The notes: generated by a model from the letters alone, not told the origin. 64,000 nucleotides of DNA from Utricularia gibba (GCA_002189035.1 CM007989.1:6324001-6388000); one strand, 5' to 3'; counted from the first letter of the stretch, positions 1-13,260 are shown. Program-made: numbers and translations.

Positions 1-1869
1 TCAAGTAGATTATCTTAGCACAATGTGTGATATTCTACTTGCCAAGTTTAGAGCTGTCTCCTTATTTCTCTGTTTACCATATTTGTTGAACACCCTCTCT
101 TATACTTAGTTGTGGTTAGATGCTAAGTTTGTTTCTCAAATATACTAGTCTCTTGAATGGCATTCTTTTGGTAAATAGATCTGCCAGTTGGTATTGAGAT
201 GAGATGTGTTGCATCACCTAGTATCCTAGGACCACTATTTCTGATACAAATGATAATTAGCAATTTTATTATGCTGGCTTCCACAATATAGAACTGGATT
301 TATCGTCAAGTGTAGAGCACCTAGATTGTCACATTATCGAGTGGCATCAGGTTTAACTCTGATGTCTCTAGTGCAAAGTGTAGCAAGGTTACTTCAATTG
401 TCGTGTGTGCCATTGCTTGGATTGATAAACGAAAGTTTTCAAAGTCTCTCAAAAATAAAATTTTCATATCACATAAAATTTATAATTCCTAATGCATACA
501 AATTACAAGTCCAAAAAATATATACAATGATTTCATGATCGAATTCAAGGAGTTTATGCTTATTATTTGATAAGTTCAATTATTTTGAAATAACAATTTC
601 TGTAATAGTTCTTAACAAAAACTAACATCAATTTAATAGCATGACACGAAAATAAAAATAAAAATATAACAAAACTTTAAAGCCACTAATTTTAAAACCT
701 AGATACCTCAAAAGTTTCAGGGAATGTGTTGGTTAAAGTTTTGGTATCAAAACTTTAAAGTATTTTTTAATTCTGGACAATCTAAATCTATCCAAACTTA
801 TTTTTTATGATTTTTTTTTAAAATTTCTTGAATCACTTAACATTTAGTTCTATTATTTTATACAACAAATAAAATTAGAGCTATTGAATTCTATTGGTAT
901 CTATGTACTCATATCTCATTTCTTTGATCTACCTATAAGTTGAGGTTTTTAAATTAGGTGTTTTTACTTATTTTTCTCCTAAATCTATCATGAAATATTG
1001 AGAAAACATATAGCATCCTCAAGTTTCAATCCCTCTATTCAATCAGCACACAACCTTTCATCCATAAAACATCACATTAAAGTTTAGCCACTCATGATAA
1101 AATAAAACAAGATGGCTTTATAAAATGAAAATACAAACAAGTTCATAACTTTTTTTCATGAAATTAAAGCAACAAATGTAAATAAATTATTCAAATGCAA
1201 AAAAGTTCAATGAAATAAATTTTTCCTTAATGAAAGTGGTTGCTAGTTCTTTTGGAATAAAGTTTGCTCCTCTTCTTGCTTTTGGTTCTTTTCTTTCTCC
1301 TATATGTATTATAAGTAAAAATTATTTGAAAATAATCAACTCCCTCCTCTTACAAATATCTTTGGATTTGTGAAAATCTCTCCCATTTATTCTCCATCTT
1401 TTTTGTCAATTGTATTACTTTTTGTAATCATTTTTCTTACTTTCATAATCTTTCATCTCTTTTTCCACAATCTATCATGTAGAAGTTTGTTAATATGATG
1501 TTTTTGCAAAAAAAAAATCATATTACTTTAATTTGTCAATAATTATCCATTTTGTGTGTATCTCATATTACATGTCATCGATTTCGGATATAGAATTTGG
1601 AGGTTGATAAAAAAAAAAAAAAGTCATACTACAAAACCTATAAATAAAATGTTAAAGCAAACTGTAGACTAAATCTATTATTTAGTGCATTTTGTAATAA
1701 AAATGCTCAAATCATCAAAATATTGAAAATTATATTTAAAATATTTAATTTTACCATAAAACATATTAATGTATAAGAATTAAAATATATGTTATTATCA
1801 ATAATTAACTTTTGTTGATGACGATATTTTTTGTTATTTCTTGTAACTCCAATAGATTGAATTTTCACA

Positions 1870-2900
1870 TAGGATTAAACAATATTCAATGATCTAGCTT
1901 GCATAATCTGCATCCGACTATGTCTCCAAGTGCAATGAATAAAACTTATTTAAGGAAAGACTATGGTTCAATTGACATACTTGAATACTTCAATAACCAA
2001 TGCTAGATGATTGTTTGGTAATTAAATAAATTGTAAAAAAAAGTTCACATTGTATGTGATTTCTGGTCATGTCAACATCAAATATTGTACTATTCTTACA
2101 AACACTTGAAAAAGTGCAGAATCATCAAGACATTCTCTATACTATATGAGCTTAAGTTTTGAGATATGTGGACTAGTGATTGGCTTGCAATCCCTGAGTT
2201 CAAATCTATCTAGAATAGAAAGAGCATAATTTGATTAAGTAGAACTCTACTATAAGGTTGTAACACTTGAATTCCAAGGAAGTTATGTAAGTGTTCAAGG
2301 CACTTAATGGCAAATTCTAAGAACAATTTCTCGATTAATTCATGTGTCAATGGTGCCTTGTTTTTATTACTATCACCAACATGAGCAAGTGCAATAGAGA
2401 TTATCAAATATCTTAATCAGTAACAAGTGCAATAAAGATTATAATATGAATGATAGCTAGTCAAATTGCAAAAGAGAATTTTATGTATAATCTCAATCTT
2501 ATTGAATCCCTTCATAACAAGACTAGCTTTTAGATAATCTAACGATTCATCTGACTTAATTTTTTTCTTGGATACCCATGTGTATCCAATAGAATGCTAC
2601 AAGACATTTCATTGAACCAAAGCCCAAATGTTATTTCTTTGAAATATATATAACTTCTTGTGCATTACTATACTTCTAGCAAGATGCACTACACTTTGAT
2701 ATCATTAGTGCTGAGAATATTGAGTGATACTATTCAACATAAAGGATGTACTTTGGATTTAGTGCAAGTTCTAAGCGTAGCACACAAATACTCAAGTGCA
2801 CACCTCATAGAAGTCTCATTTGTATATGAGTGTGCATAGTACTCATGCTATATGCATATAATAGCAAACGAATACAGCAAATTAGCCAAGTAAAACCCTA
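1870..2900 (-). mobile_element. Degenerate Ty1/copia RT-RNaseH remnant
   Basis: Minus-strand translation HSIGYTWVSKKKIKSDESLDYLKASLVMKGFNKIE (2492-2596) resembles the copia RT motif IGCKWVFKIK..DGSIERYKARLVAKGF. SDADYA at 1900-1917 resembles the RNaseH start. Many stops and frameshifts; boundaries approximate. Confidence 0.6.
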
Positions 2901-4614
2901 ACATAGGGGAAATCTCGTAGTGTTGGGCCCAAGTGCCAACTGAAAAATTCACTATGCTTAGTTACTTAATACAACAAGGAACAATAACACCAAAATTAAT
3001 CACTACACTCTTCTCACAAGAATTACTAATCCATATGCTGTGCCAAAATCAATAGCACCTCTCCCACCGAAAATCGACAGAACTCATCTTCCACCTTTTC
3101 ACACACGTCTTCATGATCACCCTTGTTGAAAACTGCTTCTAATCATGAAGTAATCGTCGGGCCCCATCTTCATGACATGACCGTCAAGCCTGACATGTGC
3201 GTCTTCCAACCTGTAAATAGAAAAATGTGATTGTTTTTCCACATAAGTAATCCTCATTGAGACCTTTGGATGTGTGGGTAAATAGATGTTATGTTGAGAT
3301 TATATTTCGGCTAAACATCGAGCAATGGGTTGAAGGTCAAGAGTGTGAGTGTTAACATCATAATGGGTAGTTTGTGTGTTTAATGAGGTGCCATCATCAT
3401 TGCATGTATTAAGTCTAAGAAGAAGATTGAGATTATTCTGGAATGATAGATGAGCATGTTGTGAGGAGGTTCAACTTGGTAAGGTGATATGATCATTGTA
3501 GTTGTTTTTTTTTCCATTGTCATTTCATTTCAGAGATGGTAGTTGCTATGTGCAAATTTGATCGCGAGAAAATTGACCACGTTGATGGAGTTTGCAGCAG
3601 TCATGTTGATAGGCAAATGGGTCGAAGAAAAATGGAATGATCAAAAGCACGATTGAGTAACACAAGAAACTAGTCTAATATCAATAAGAATAAGGATGTA
3701 GTCTATACGAATTAATCAATAAATTCTATTTAATTCATAAGTAAAAGTTATTATATAAATAGATACAAAATAAGTAAAAATATTCTATTTAAAATTAAGT
3801 AACTTACTTATTGAATAAGTTATATTTTATCAACTTGTATGATAAATAAGTGAAGTAATTAAAAGTGAAAATAAATTAAAAATAAATAAAAGTAAAATTA
3901 GAAATTAAGTTTTAGAACAAATAGATGTATTATGTAAAACACTTTTATTTTTACTTAAGTTATAAGTTGTAAAATAATTTGTACAAATTACTGTCTAAGC
4001 GTATTCGTGCAAACTAGGCATAAGAAGCTAAAAAACAAAAGTACACCTTCACAATCATATAACCAAGCCTTGGGCAGGGGATATTTTATTACAAGGGGGT
4101 GCTAAAAGAGTGTACAACTAAAGCAAATAAATAGAATAGATTAATCAATTGCTAAGAACCCTAAAATCAATTTGTGCCATACATAAATACCCTATAACTT
4201 AGCCTTTGACTTGGTGTTAGAGATAGCAATTGTTTTTGGATATTTGAATATGAGTATAATCATATTTTTATGAATACAGAAAACATAAAAATAATAATTA
4301 AGGCTATATCCATAATAAAAATTATGTTATTTTTTTGTAAAATAAAATAATAAAAATTACGAAAACAATTGTACGGGGTTATCCTGATGAAAAAAAAAGG
4401 TTAAGTGGTTCTGATCATAAAATCAACAGTAAATGGGCCAAAGGCCAGAGCGAACGATTCTCTGACTTCTGTGAGTGTGGACATGCGGAAGAAGACAACG
4501 GACGGACACTGCGGAAGATCCGGTGATTTCACGTGAAGAGTTTTGCTGCTCTACGTCAACTTTTCAGCGAATTCTGAAGGGGTGTGCGTGATTCGCGGTA
4601 TATTGCTGGAAATC

Positions 4615-5894
4615 ATGCCGGATAAGCTGATTACGGCCACTCTAGTGATATGGATTGCTTTTTCCGGCTGCTGTTTCGTCCAAGGGCAGCGACGGCAGCT
4701 TCGATTCGATGGAGAAAGGGGGCAGTTTCGTATCCTACAAATCTCCGATATGCACTACGCTAACGGTAAGACCACGCCGTGCCTCGATGTGTTCCGGAGT
4801 CAAAGACGATCGTGTTCCGATCTGAACACCACCGCCTTTATCCACCGTGTGATTAGCGCCGAGAAGCCCGACCTTATTGTGTTCACAGGTAATTGATTCG
4901 TTGACCCTGGAAACCAATTCCGAGGTTAATTTGTGAATCGAATTTCAGGCGATAATATATTTGGGTCCGATGCTTCTGATGCCGCGTCATCGATGGACGC
5001 TGCGTTTGCCCCTGCGATATCCTCCAATATTCCTTGGGCTGCTGTTCTTGGAAACCATGATCAAGAATCAACTCTGTCTAGGGAAGAAGTGATGAAGCAT
5101 ATTGTAAAAATGAAGAACACTGTATCTTTGGTCAACCCCCTGATGCCCAGTTCATTGAAGGATTTGGGAACTACAATTTGGAGGTTCATGGTGCTGATGG
5201 CTCACCCTTCGCAGATAAATCAGTTCTCAATCTTTACTTCCTCGACAGCGGTGATTACTCTACTATACCTTTCATCCCTGGGTATGGGTGGATTACGCGT
5301 TCTCAGCAGCTCTGGTTACAGCGTACTTCCAATGAACTCAAGGTAAAACAAAAAAAGCATAGTTGTCTTCTTTGGCTGGCTGCCTGTTGGATTTAATCTC
5401 TGTGATTTCCTTCTGAACAGAGGAGATACACGAGTGAACCAGTGGCGCAAAAGGGATCAGCACCAGCGCTTGCATATTTCCACATCCCTTTGCCCGAATA
5501 CTCAAGCTTCGACTCATCCAACATAACCGGGGAAATGCAAGAGGAGGTTAGCTCCCCATCCATAAACTCCGGGTTCTTCACAACGCTGGTGGAAGCAGGG
5601 GATGTGAAGGCTGTTTTCACTGGCCATGATCACCTTAACGACTACTGCGGCAGATCAAGTGGCATAAATCTCTGCTATGCAGGAGGATTCGGGTATCATG
5701 CCTACGGGAAAGCAGGGTGGTCGAGGAGGGCGAGAATGGTGGTAGTTTCGTTGAGGCAAAGGGAGGATTCTTCATGGGGAGCATTGAGGTCCATAAGAAC
5801 ATGGAAGCGTCTTGATGACGAGAAGCTTACTGCCATTGATGCGCAGGTGCTTTGGAGCAGAGGCTCCTCAAGAAGGAAGCACGAATTCTATTAG
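4615..5894 (+). CDS. Calcineurin-like metallophosphoesterase, PAP28/PAP29-type (probable 'inactive' purple acid phosphatase); one frameshift in exon 2
   Basis: Exons 4615-4888, 4949-5342 and 5421-5894 with GT-AG introns of 60 and 78 nt. N-terminal signal-like segment and motifs SDMHY, GDNIFG (no Tyr ligand), GNHD, YFHIP, GHDH. Exons total 1142 nt; one extra C in the C5 run at 5136-5140 gives 1143 nt (380 aa) and restores VNPPDAQFIEGFGNYNLEV. Confidence 0.9.
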
Positions 5895-7588
5895 TGTGTA
5901 TGTTGCAGGAGGTCGCAACATAAGACTACAGGGTGAATCATAAACTGACAAGTGACCAGTTCCTAGAACTAGAACAAGGGATCGAGTCAAAAGACAAGTA
6001 GGATATGGAAAGGGAGAGCAGGAAAGAATAATAATAATAATATTCTCCTGTCATATTCTTTCATTACAATTCTTTTATTAATTGTCTTAATATAATTACC
6101 CATAAACACATTGGGCTTAACTTTAATTATTTTGGGTTGAGTAAAAAGTATATATTTAGTTTAGAGTATAAAATATATATATTTTATTTTCTAAAATCTA
6201 GTTAAGCATATTTACATAATTTTATAAAAATTCATTATTATAAGGAAAGAAAAAAAAATTCTTTTAAAAATAAGGAAAATATATCGATCCAAAACTCACA
6301 AATCATAAAGCTGTAGTAAAACACATTGTATTAGTAGTTTTAACTTATAAAATTAATGTGTTTAGTAATAAAATTATATGTTTTAAATATGACTTTAGAT
6401 ATTTTTCAAATTTTTATTATTATTTATGTTTTTGTTGCAAAAGTGTAGTAAATCATTGATTTAGATCATATTTGGTCGTGACATCCTATTGAATGAGATT
6501 TGTGGTAAGTTTTTTTTATTAAATCAACACCAAATTCTACATGAGACGGAAAATCAACGGAGTTAGCCAACCCAAGAGTGAAGCAGTAGATGATTTCACT
6601 AGAAATGGTGGCAATACAAGAGAGGAGCAAAATGAATAAATTCAAACAAGGGATGGGAAAATTAAAAAAAAAAAACGGAGAGAGAAGAATTTTCTTGCAA
6701 AACACACTAACAATAGAAAAAGAATATACTTATTTGAAACGATCCTAATTTGATGATACCCAATCCGGTGGATTATCAGTTTTTTTTAAAAAAAATGTGG
6801 ATTTGATTGGTTTACGGATTCTACGACTAAAAATCCAAATTAATCCAATATGATACATTCTGAAGATCCATTTTTGAAACAACTATAATATATTTATATC
6901 ATTTTTTTATACTGATCGACACATTAAGTATATCTTCATTTATTAGTTACTTTGTTTACTTGTGTGACTCTTCTAGCTACAACAAGTATTGTAAAAATGT
7001 ACATTTTATGTTTTGAAAATCATCAAGACAAGATTATGGAATAATATGGGAGATGATTTTCTTACCAATAATATGCTTATATATATTGAAGATGAATTTG
7101 TAGACAATTGTACCTATGATAATATTTTGAAGAATTTTAAGAGTATATCTTTAAATTTTATTTAATATTTCATAATATTTTAATATTAGAGATGAATTTT
7201 ATATCTAAAAATTTTGTTTTATAATAAGTTTTTCTTATTAATTTTAAGTTTTTTGTTTTAATTTAAAGAAATAGGGAATGTTTCTCCTACGGCGGCCTTG
7301 ATCGATGAGTGGTGTACAGTTGCTATGAAGTCATCCACAGCCCTCCTCCTGGTTGTTTGTGACTCCAAAATTTCCACACCTATTTCTGCAACCCAAACCA
7401 ACTCTTTCTGATGTTCCCGGCAGCATTTAATAATAACATATTTCCAATAGCAACTCACATATTCCGGCACAACTACAACATATTGCACACACTGGATTCT
7501 GAAAGTTCAATATAATACATGTATGCTGGTCTCAAGAATTTACAACCAAAATGAAAAACAAATGTATTGTTTCATTGTGATGCAAGCA

Positions 7589-8889
7589 TCAACATTTGTC
7601 CCAAGAGATGAAAGTGTTCAGTGGCACGTCATTCCTAGGGAGAGCTGCTGGTGGTGGAATTCCACTCCCCTGGTAGGCGAAGGGTTTATAGAACTTGCTA
7701 TTTCTATTCTTCTGTTGCACAGCTTGGCGTTGAAAGAATTTCTGTGCATGACTTGCAACTTGCTGTGGAGTTCTAGTGATAACGTATTCTCTCGAAATCC
7801 GTTGCCACTTTCCTCTCCCACACTCATCTAGTCCACGTAGGAACCGTCTGCAACAGAAAAAAAAATGGAACATAACATGCTTGTGAGCTGCCAATTGGGT
7901 TCACAACACAGACCCAAAAGGTGATGTAATATCATATTCAAATGAAATGAAGCATTGGAAGAATGTAGCAAGTTTATGAGGTATGAACCTGTGCTCCTCA
8001 TCACACCAGGTGATTCCTTTTCCTCTTCGCCTCCGCTTTTGTCTTTCTCCAGATGAAACCTCTTGTTCTACGTCTATTCCCAAGAATTTCGAAACCTCCT
8101 CCCAACTGTAAGATTCTATGTTGCTGCTGACTCCATACGTAGATTGACTCACTGGGGTTAAACTATCCAGACTAATAACTGTGGGTGGCTGACCGCCACT
8201 CCCTCCAACCCAGCCACCATTTTGATTTGTAAGTGTTGAAGTAGGGGCTTCATAAACCACCGGCGTTAGCAGCATATCAGATGTAGTGAATCATCCTTTT
8301 AGAAAAGAACTATGTACTACTTACCCCCATCACGGTAAAAACCTGTGATCCCATCGACGTTATGGTGATGGGCGTTCCAATATCCCATGTGGTTGGCACT
8401 GGGAGGGAAGACACTGTTAGGCAGCAGTTCAGCAGCCATGCCGCCGATCCCCCATGCTGCGCCTGTGTCTTGCACCTGAAAAGACATTGAAATAGGAAAG
8501 CTATTAAATATATAAGATCAGATGGCATCATTCGAATCTCAATCAAAAAATTAACATATTTGAACTCAGGCTCTCAATCTACCATCCATACTCACCGCGC
8601 AGGAAGTCATCATAGGAGGAAGCACTGGCAATACTGTGTCTTCAACAGAATTAGACATCTGGTGAATGCTTGGCAGGTGCTGTTCTGAATCGTCATCATC
8701 CATTTCCATCCAGCTCCGACTCGTTTGCAAGTCCAAAGATTTTACAGGTTCTGAGACCCAGCCACCTCCATGCGCATCGTATGAATTCTCCAACCCGAGT
8801 AGTGCTCGCTGGAAACAACTCTGCATATCTTGTAGATCATTCGATTCTTGCTTTTCCTCCTCCTCCTCCAGCAATCCATCTGATTCCAT
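7589..8889 (-). CDS. MYB-related (single SANT, SHAQKF class) transcription factor, about 320 aa
   Basis: Model exons 8889-8596, 8475-8325, 8247-7989 and 7847-7589 (963 nt, open frame). SANT domain [10 protein letters not shown]^[38 protein letters not shown] has the intron at the usual EEHR position. The exon 3 acceptor is a weak AAG, and further upstream exons cannot be excluded. Confidence 0.7.
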
Positions 8890-10489
8890 AACATCGCAAC
8901 AACCACAGCAATAAAAACAGAAACATTAAAGAATCAAGGGAGTATTCCCCAGTAAAAATCCGAGCAGAGGCCAAAAAAATACATGCTCTTGACATACCAA
9001 GAATCGTGAACCAATCATATTTGTCTCCCTCAGGGTTTTCCATTTAATTACAGAGGCAAACCAAGATTCCAAAATGATCGCCGCTGGAAAACTTTGAATC
9101 AGGAAAACAAATTCAGCAAATGGGTGGCAACAACTCTGCATATCATCATGCTAATGCGTATCATGTTAATTTGAATACCTTGGCGCCAAAGCTAACCGCT
9201 TAAAAACAAGTTGATGAAGTAAAAAATATTTTAGTTTTTTTTTAATTTCCCCTTGCATTGAGAAAATTTTCACACCTTGATTTCTTCTTCGTTTTATTTT
9301 CGAGAACTTATCTTTTAAGAAATAATTTTAATAAAATAGAAACTGAATTTCAATTACACATTTTTATTTTGTAATAATAAAATGATTATAAATAAAAAAA
9401 TGTATTTCAATCAAATCCCCTTAGCAACCAGATGTTTTTATATATATTTCGTTTTTATTATAAAAATTATTGTAATTTCATATGTATATTTATTACCTAC
9501 TTGGACTTTATTTTATTTTATTCTGCTTAATTAGATACATGCGCCACCTTTTCGGGTTGCAAGTAGTCCCGTGGCTGGGGATGGATGCCACCCGAGTTTA
9601 GGCAGAGATGTAAACCTCCTGCAAAAATGGCAGAAACAAAAGTATGGTGATGTTCGCTTTATGCGGGGTCCATATCATTAAAAAAAATTATATATTTAAC
9701 TGGTGGCCATGCAACCTTTAGAGTTTGATGGGTTACCGTGTATGAATAGAGGGAATCCTTCTCATTTCGATGTACCTAATCAATCGTACCTCGCGATTGA
9801 GTCCCAGTATCCATATTCGATCCCATTGAGTGAGTTATGTAGAAACTTCACAATTTTTGAAGGTAGAGTAGCAGCAAAAGAAAGATATCACTGTTTTTAC
9901 TTATATGTCTTACTCAATAGAGTTTCAAAAAAAATATAAAAATCGATAATTTAACAAAGTAAATATTTTTTAATTTATTATGATAAATAATGAATTTTTA
10001 TCTTAATTTGGTATGAATGTAATCCTTATTTTGAAGTAAAATACATAAAAAATTATTTTTATTTTTTGATTTTACGGTCAATATATTAATAGATATCGAT
10101 TATACACAATATCTGATTGATACATGAAAATGGAAGACACACTTTACACCATGGGATTTATTTGACTAAATAGTTTTACTAGTTACCCAAATGTAGGATT
10201 AAATTGCATGGTGCAATCATAGCATTCAAAATGCATCTTTAAGCAAGCAAGAAGGTAAGGAAAATCAAAGAAGAAAGAAATGATTACTTTTCAAAATAAC
10301 TCATTAAACAAAATTCACCTTATTTAATCATATGGATGAAGAGACAAGAATGGAATCAAATCCACAAAAGGTGATTATCAAATTGAAAATTATGATCAAT
10401 CTAAAAATGGATGGCATTTTTACATGCCAACACAATGTCTCCTTCAAAACTAAGCAAAGCACATATAATATTCTTGAAATTTTCTGTAA

Positions 10490-12310
10490 ACTGCTTACGA
10501 TTTCCAATAGTAGCACCTCGCATGTCGTGGCACAATTGTTAATATATCACATGCACTGTGTTCTTAAACTCTAATATAATGCACACATGTTGGTGTCCAA
10601 AAGTTACAACAAAAGTGAAACACAAACCTATCGTTCCGCTCTGATCTAGTCATCAGCACTTGTCCCATGGAATAAATGTGCTAGAGACTCTCGTGTGGGT
10701 GGTGTGGTATTGGGAGGGAGCAAAGCTGGTGGTGGAATGTAAATTCTACTCCCCTGGTATTTGAAGGGGTTTTTGGGAGGAGTGGTTGTAACCCTCTTTG
10801 ACTACAACTATTATTTGGAATAAAGGTAGAACTGTTTATCTTATTTTGCTAGAAGAATTTTTGTGTGTGACTAACGACTTGCTACAGTAATTTTATACAA
10901 ATAATCATATTTTTCATTTTATACAGTAATTCTTTCTTCTTCATCATCTCACTAGCCCGCTTGAATTCTTCAAGGCTTCTTCGTTTTACCCTCATAGATT
11001 GCAATCAAAAGAAATTCCCAAGAATCAAAAACAGTTTATACGATACCATAGGTATAAATTTTATTTTACAAGATTAAGTGGATTTAGAAGAAATTTTCAA
11101 GAATCATGATAAAATCATTTTCAAATATATAGCTCTAAAAAAATATACATTAAAACAATTTTTCTACTACTTTTAATTATAATATATATTTATTAAGTGC
11201 GAAAATATAGAACAAGTCAGGTAGAAAAGAGAAATTAAAATTACAAAAAAATTAATATATAAAATAATAAATTTTAAATATATTATTTTAATGATTAAAA
11301 TAAATAAGGTATAGAAAATAACAAATATGTTTATAGTGATAAGGAATGAATTTTGAAAAAATAGTTATATGCATAAAATTCCTAACTTGGTGTAGAGTTC
11401 TCGTGGTAACGTATTCCCTGGAGACTTGTCACCACTTCCCTCTCCCGCATTGCTTCAGTTCACACAGTAAGCATCTGCAAGTGAAAAGAAAATGCAACAA
11501 TGATATCAACATGATTGATTCAAGACGCGTGTGAGCTGCAAATTATGTCCACAACACTGGGCCAAAAGGTGATGTAGTATCAAATTCTAATGGAATGAAG
11601 CGTTGATAAAATGCAACAAGTTTATCGTGTATGAACTTGTGCTCCTTCTCAAACTAGGTAATTCCCCTTCCTCTTCGCCTCTGCTCTTATCTTTCTTGAG
11701 GTGATGCGTCTTGTTCTACGTCCATTCTCATTCCCAAGAACCTCGAAACCTCCTCCCAACTATAGGATTATATGGCATTGCCCCCTCCATACGTAAATTG
11801 GCTCACTGGGCCTGGACTTTCTAGACTAAAAACTGCATTGGCTGACAGCCACCGCCTTCAATTCAACCATCATTCTGATATGGAAGGGTTAAACCAGGGG
11901 CTTGCCTGTTGAACTCGTTGGCTGTATGGTTCATGTATTTGGTGATTCCCCATAAACCTATTAGATGCCAACGTTTAAGATCAGATGTTAGCAGCATACT
12001 AGATCTTGTGAATCATCCTTTTACAAAAGAAGTATGTATTACTTACCCTCGTTGCTATAAAAGCCAGTGATCTCTTGGGCGTTACTCTGATCAGAGTTCT
12101 AGTATTCCATGTGGTTGGCATTGAGAGGGAACACATTAGTAGTCAAACTAGCCTCGTTTCCATGAAAGCCATTGATCCCCTGAATGCGATACTGATCTGC
12201 GATATGATATTCCATGTGATTGTCATTGGGAGGGAACACATGGGTAGGCAATGATGCATCAGGCATACTAGAGATCCCCCATGCCATGTTATTATCTTCC
12301 ATCCATAATA
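10490..12310 (-). pseudogene. Decayed, 5'-truncated tandem copy of the MYB-related gene, interrupted by a ~500-bp insertion
   Basis: Visible nucleotide similarity to exons 2-4, introns and 3' flank of copy 1 (e.g. 11530-11780 vs 7880-8110). In-frame stops at 11862-11864, 11654-11656 and 11429-11431. No exon 1 homolog. SANT exon split between about 10887 and 11383. Confidence 0.8.
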
Positions 12311-12479
12311 TAATAACACATATTTTTGAATGTTTAAGGATAGAAAAATGATTAATATTTATAGACAAAACTTTTATTTTATTATATATTGCTGGATTTT
12401 TGTAACTAATATCTTAGTTTCAATTTTAGTTCTAATTATTTTCTTGAGCAATTCAGCATATATCAACAATGTAAATCCT

Positions 12480-13260
12480 AATGAGTCAAAAAGTGTACAC
12501 TAGAGCCAACATGAAAAGGTGAACAAAAAAAAAAGAAAGAAAAGCACCATATCCCAAGAAGATCAAAATTGCAAGAACAAGGAATGAAGAAGACAAACTA
12601 AGACAAAGTCTTATTTTGAAGATTTCTTTCGCTTATGAAGAAAACTATTCCTAGCTCAAAAGGGTTTTAGTTTTTTCGCGCAACTGTTTACAATTTCATT
12701 TTACTATTTATTTTTTTGTTCATTTTATTGCTGCTAAGTTGTGGAACGAAGATGATTTTCATGTTATATTATGAAAGTATTTTATTTTTTTTAATATGAG
12801 TAGTTGGGACCAAAGAGGATAGGAGATAGTGTGTAAATCATTTTTTTGATCTTTTTAGTCATAAATCATATCATTTTCTTAACAAATCAGGATAGATTTA
12901 GGAGGAGGATGTAATGATAGTTATCTTAACAATCCTAATTAGAAGCATACCAAAGATTAGGAGAAAACAAAAGCTTAGGTAAACTTAGACTTTCGTCTGT
13001 GACATTCATGATTTGCAGTTTAGATTATATTTCATATTTAGCAATATAGTCAATGAGAATTATTATTTGAGTGAATCTTTGAAATTTAGTGAGCACTTAT
13101 ACTTTATCAATTTGTTCAAAACATTCAATATTTCATCCAAAAAGAATTTTCCCAAAATCCCTCAAACAATTTGTATGTATATTTTCTTCAATAAAATTTA
13201 TTGTAGTGAAGTAAATCCATTAAAGAGGTGGAGGAACATTAGCAAAGAGCATAATATTGC
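12480..13260. repeat. LTR-like dispersed repeat (Gypsy/Athila-like), copy A
   Basis: 12625-12800 aligns by eye with 27560-27740 (gcttatgaa..., aagatgat...atgaaagtattt...atgagt) and more loosely with 24880-25080 and 48760-48900. Confidence 0.5.

Noticed and set aside
1904-1915. TAATCTGCATCC, matching the first 12 nt of miR2111
   Set aside because: The match stops at 12 nt, no hairpin is evident, and the site is the reverse complement of the Copia SDADYA motif.
7258-7488. 76-aa ORF downstream of the MYB stop
   Set aside because: It lies in the duplicated 3' flank, its homolog in copy 2 (about 10490-10600) shows no conserved frame, and it has no recognisable motif.
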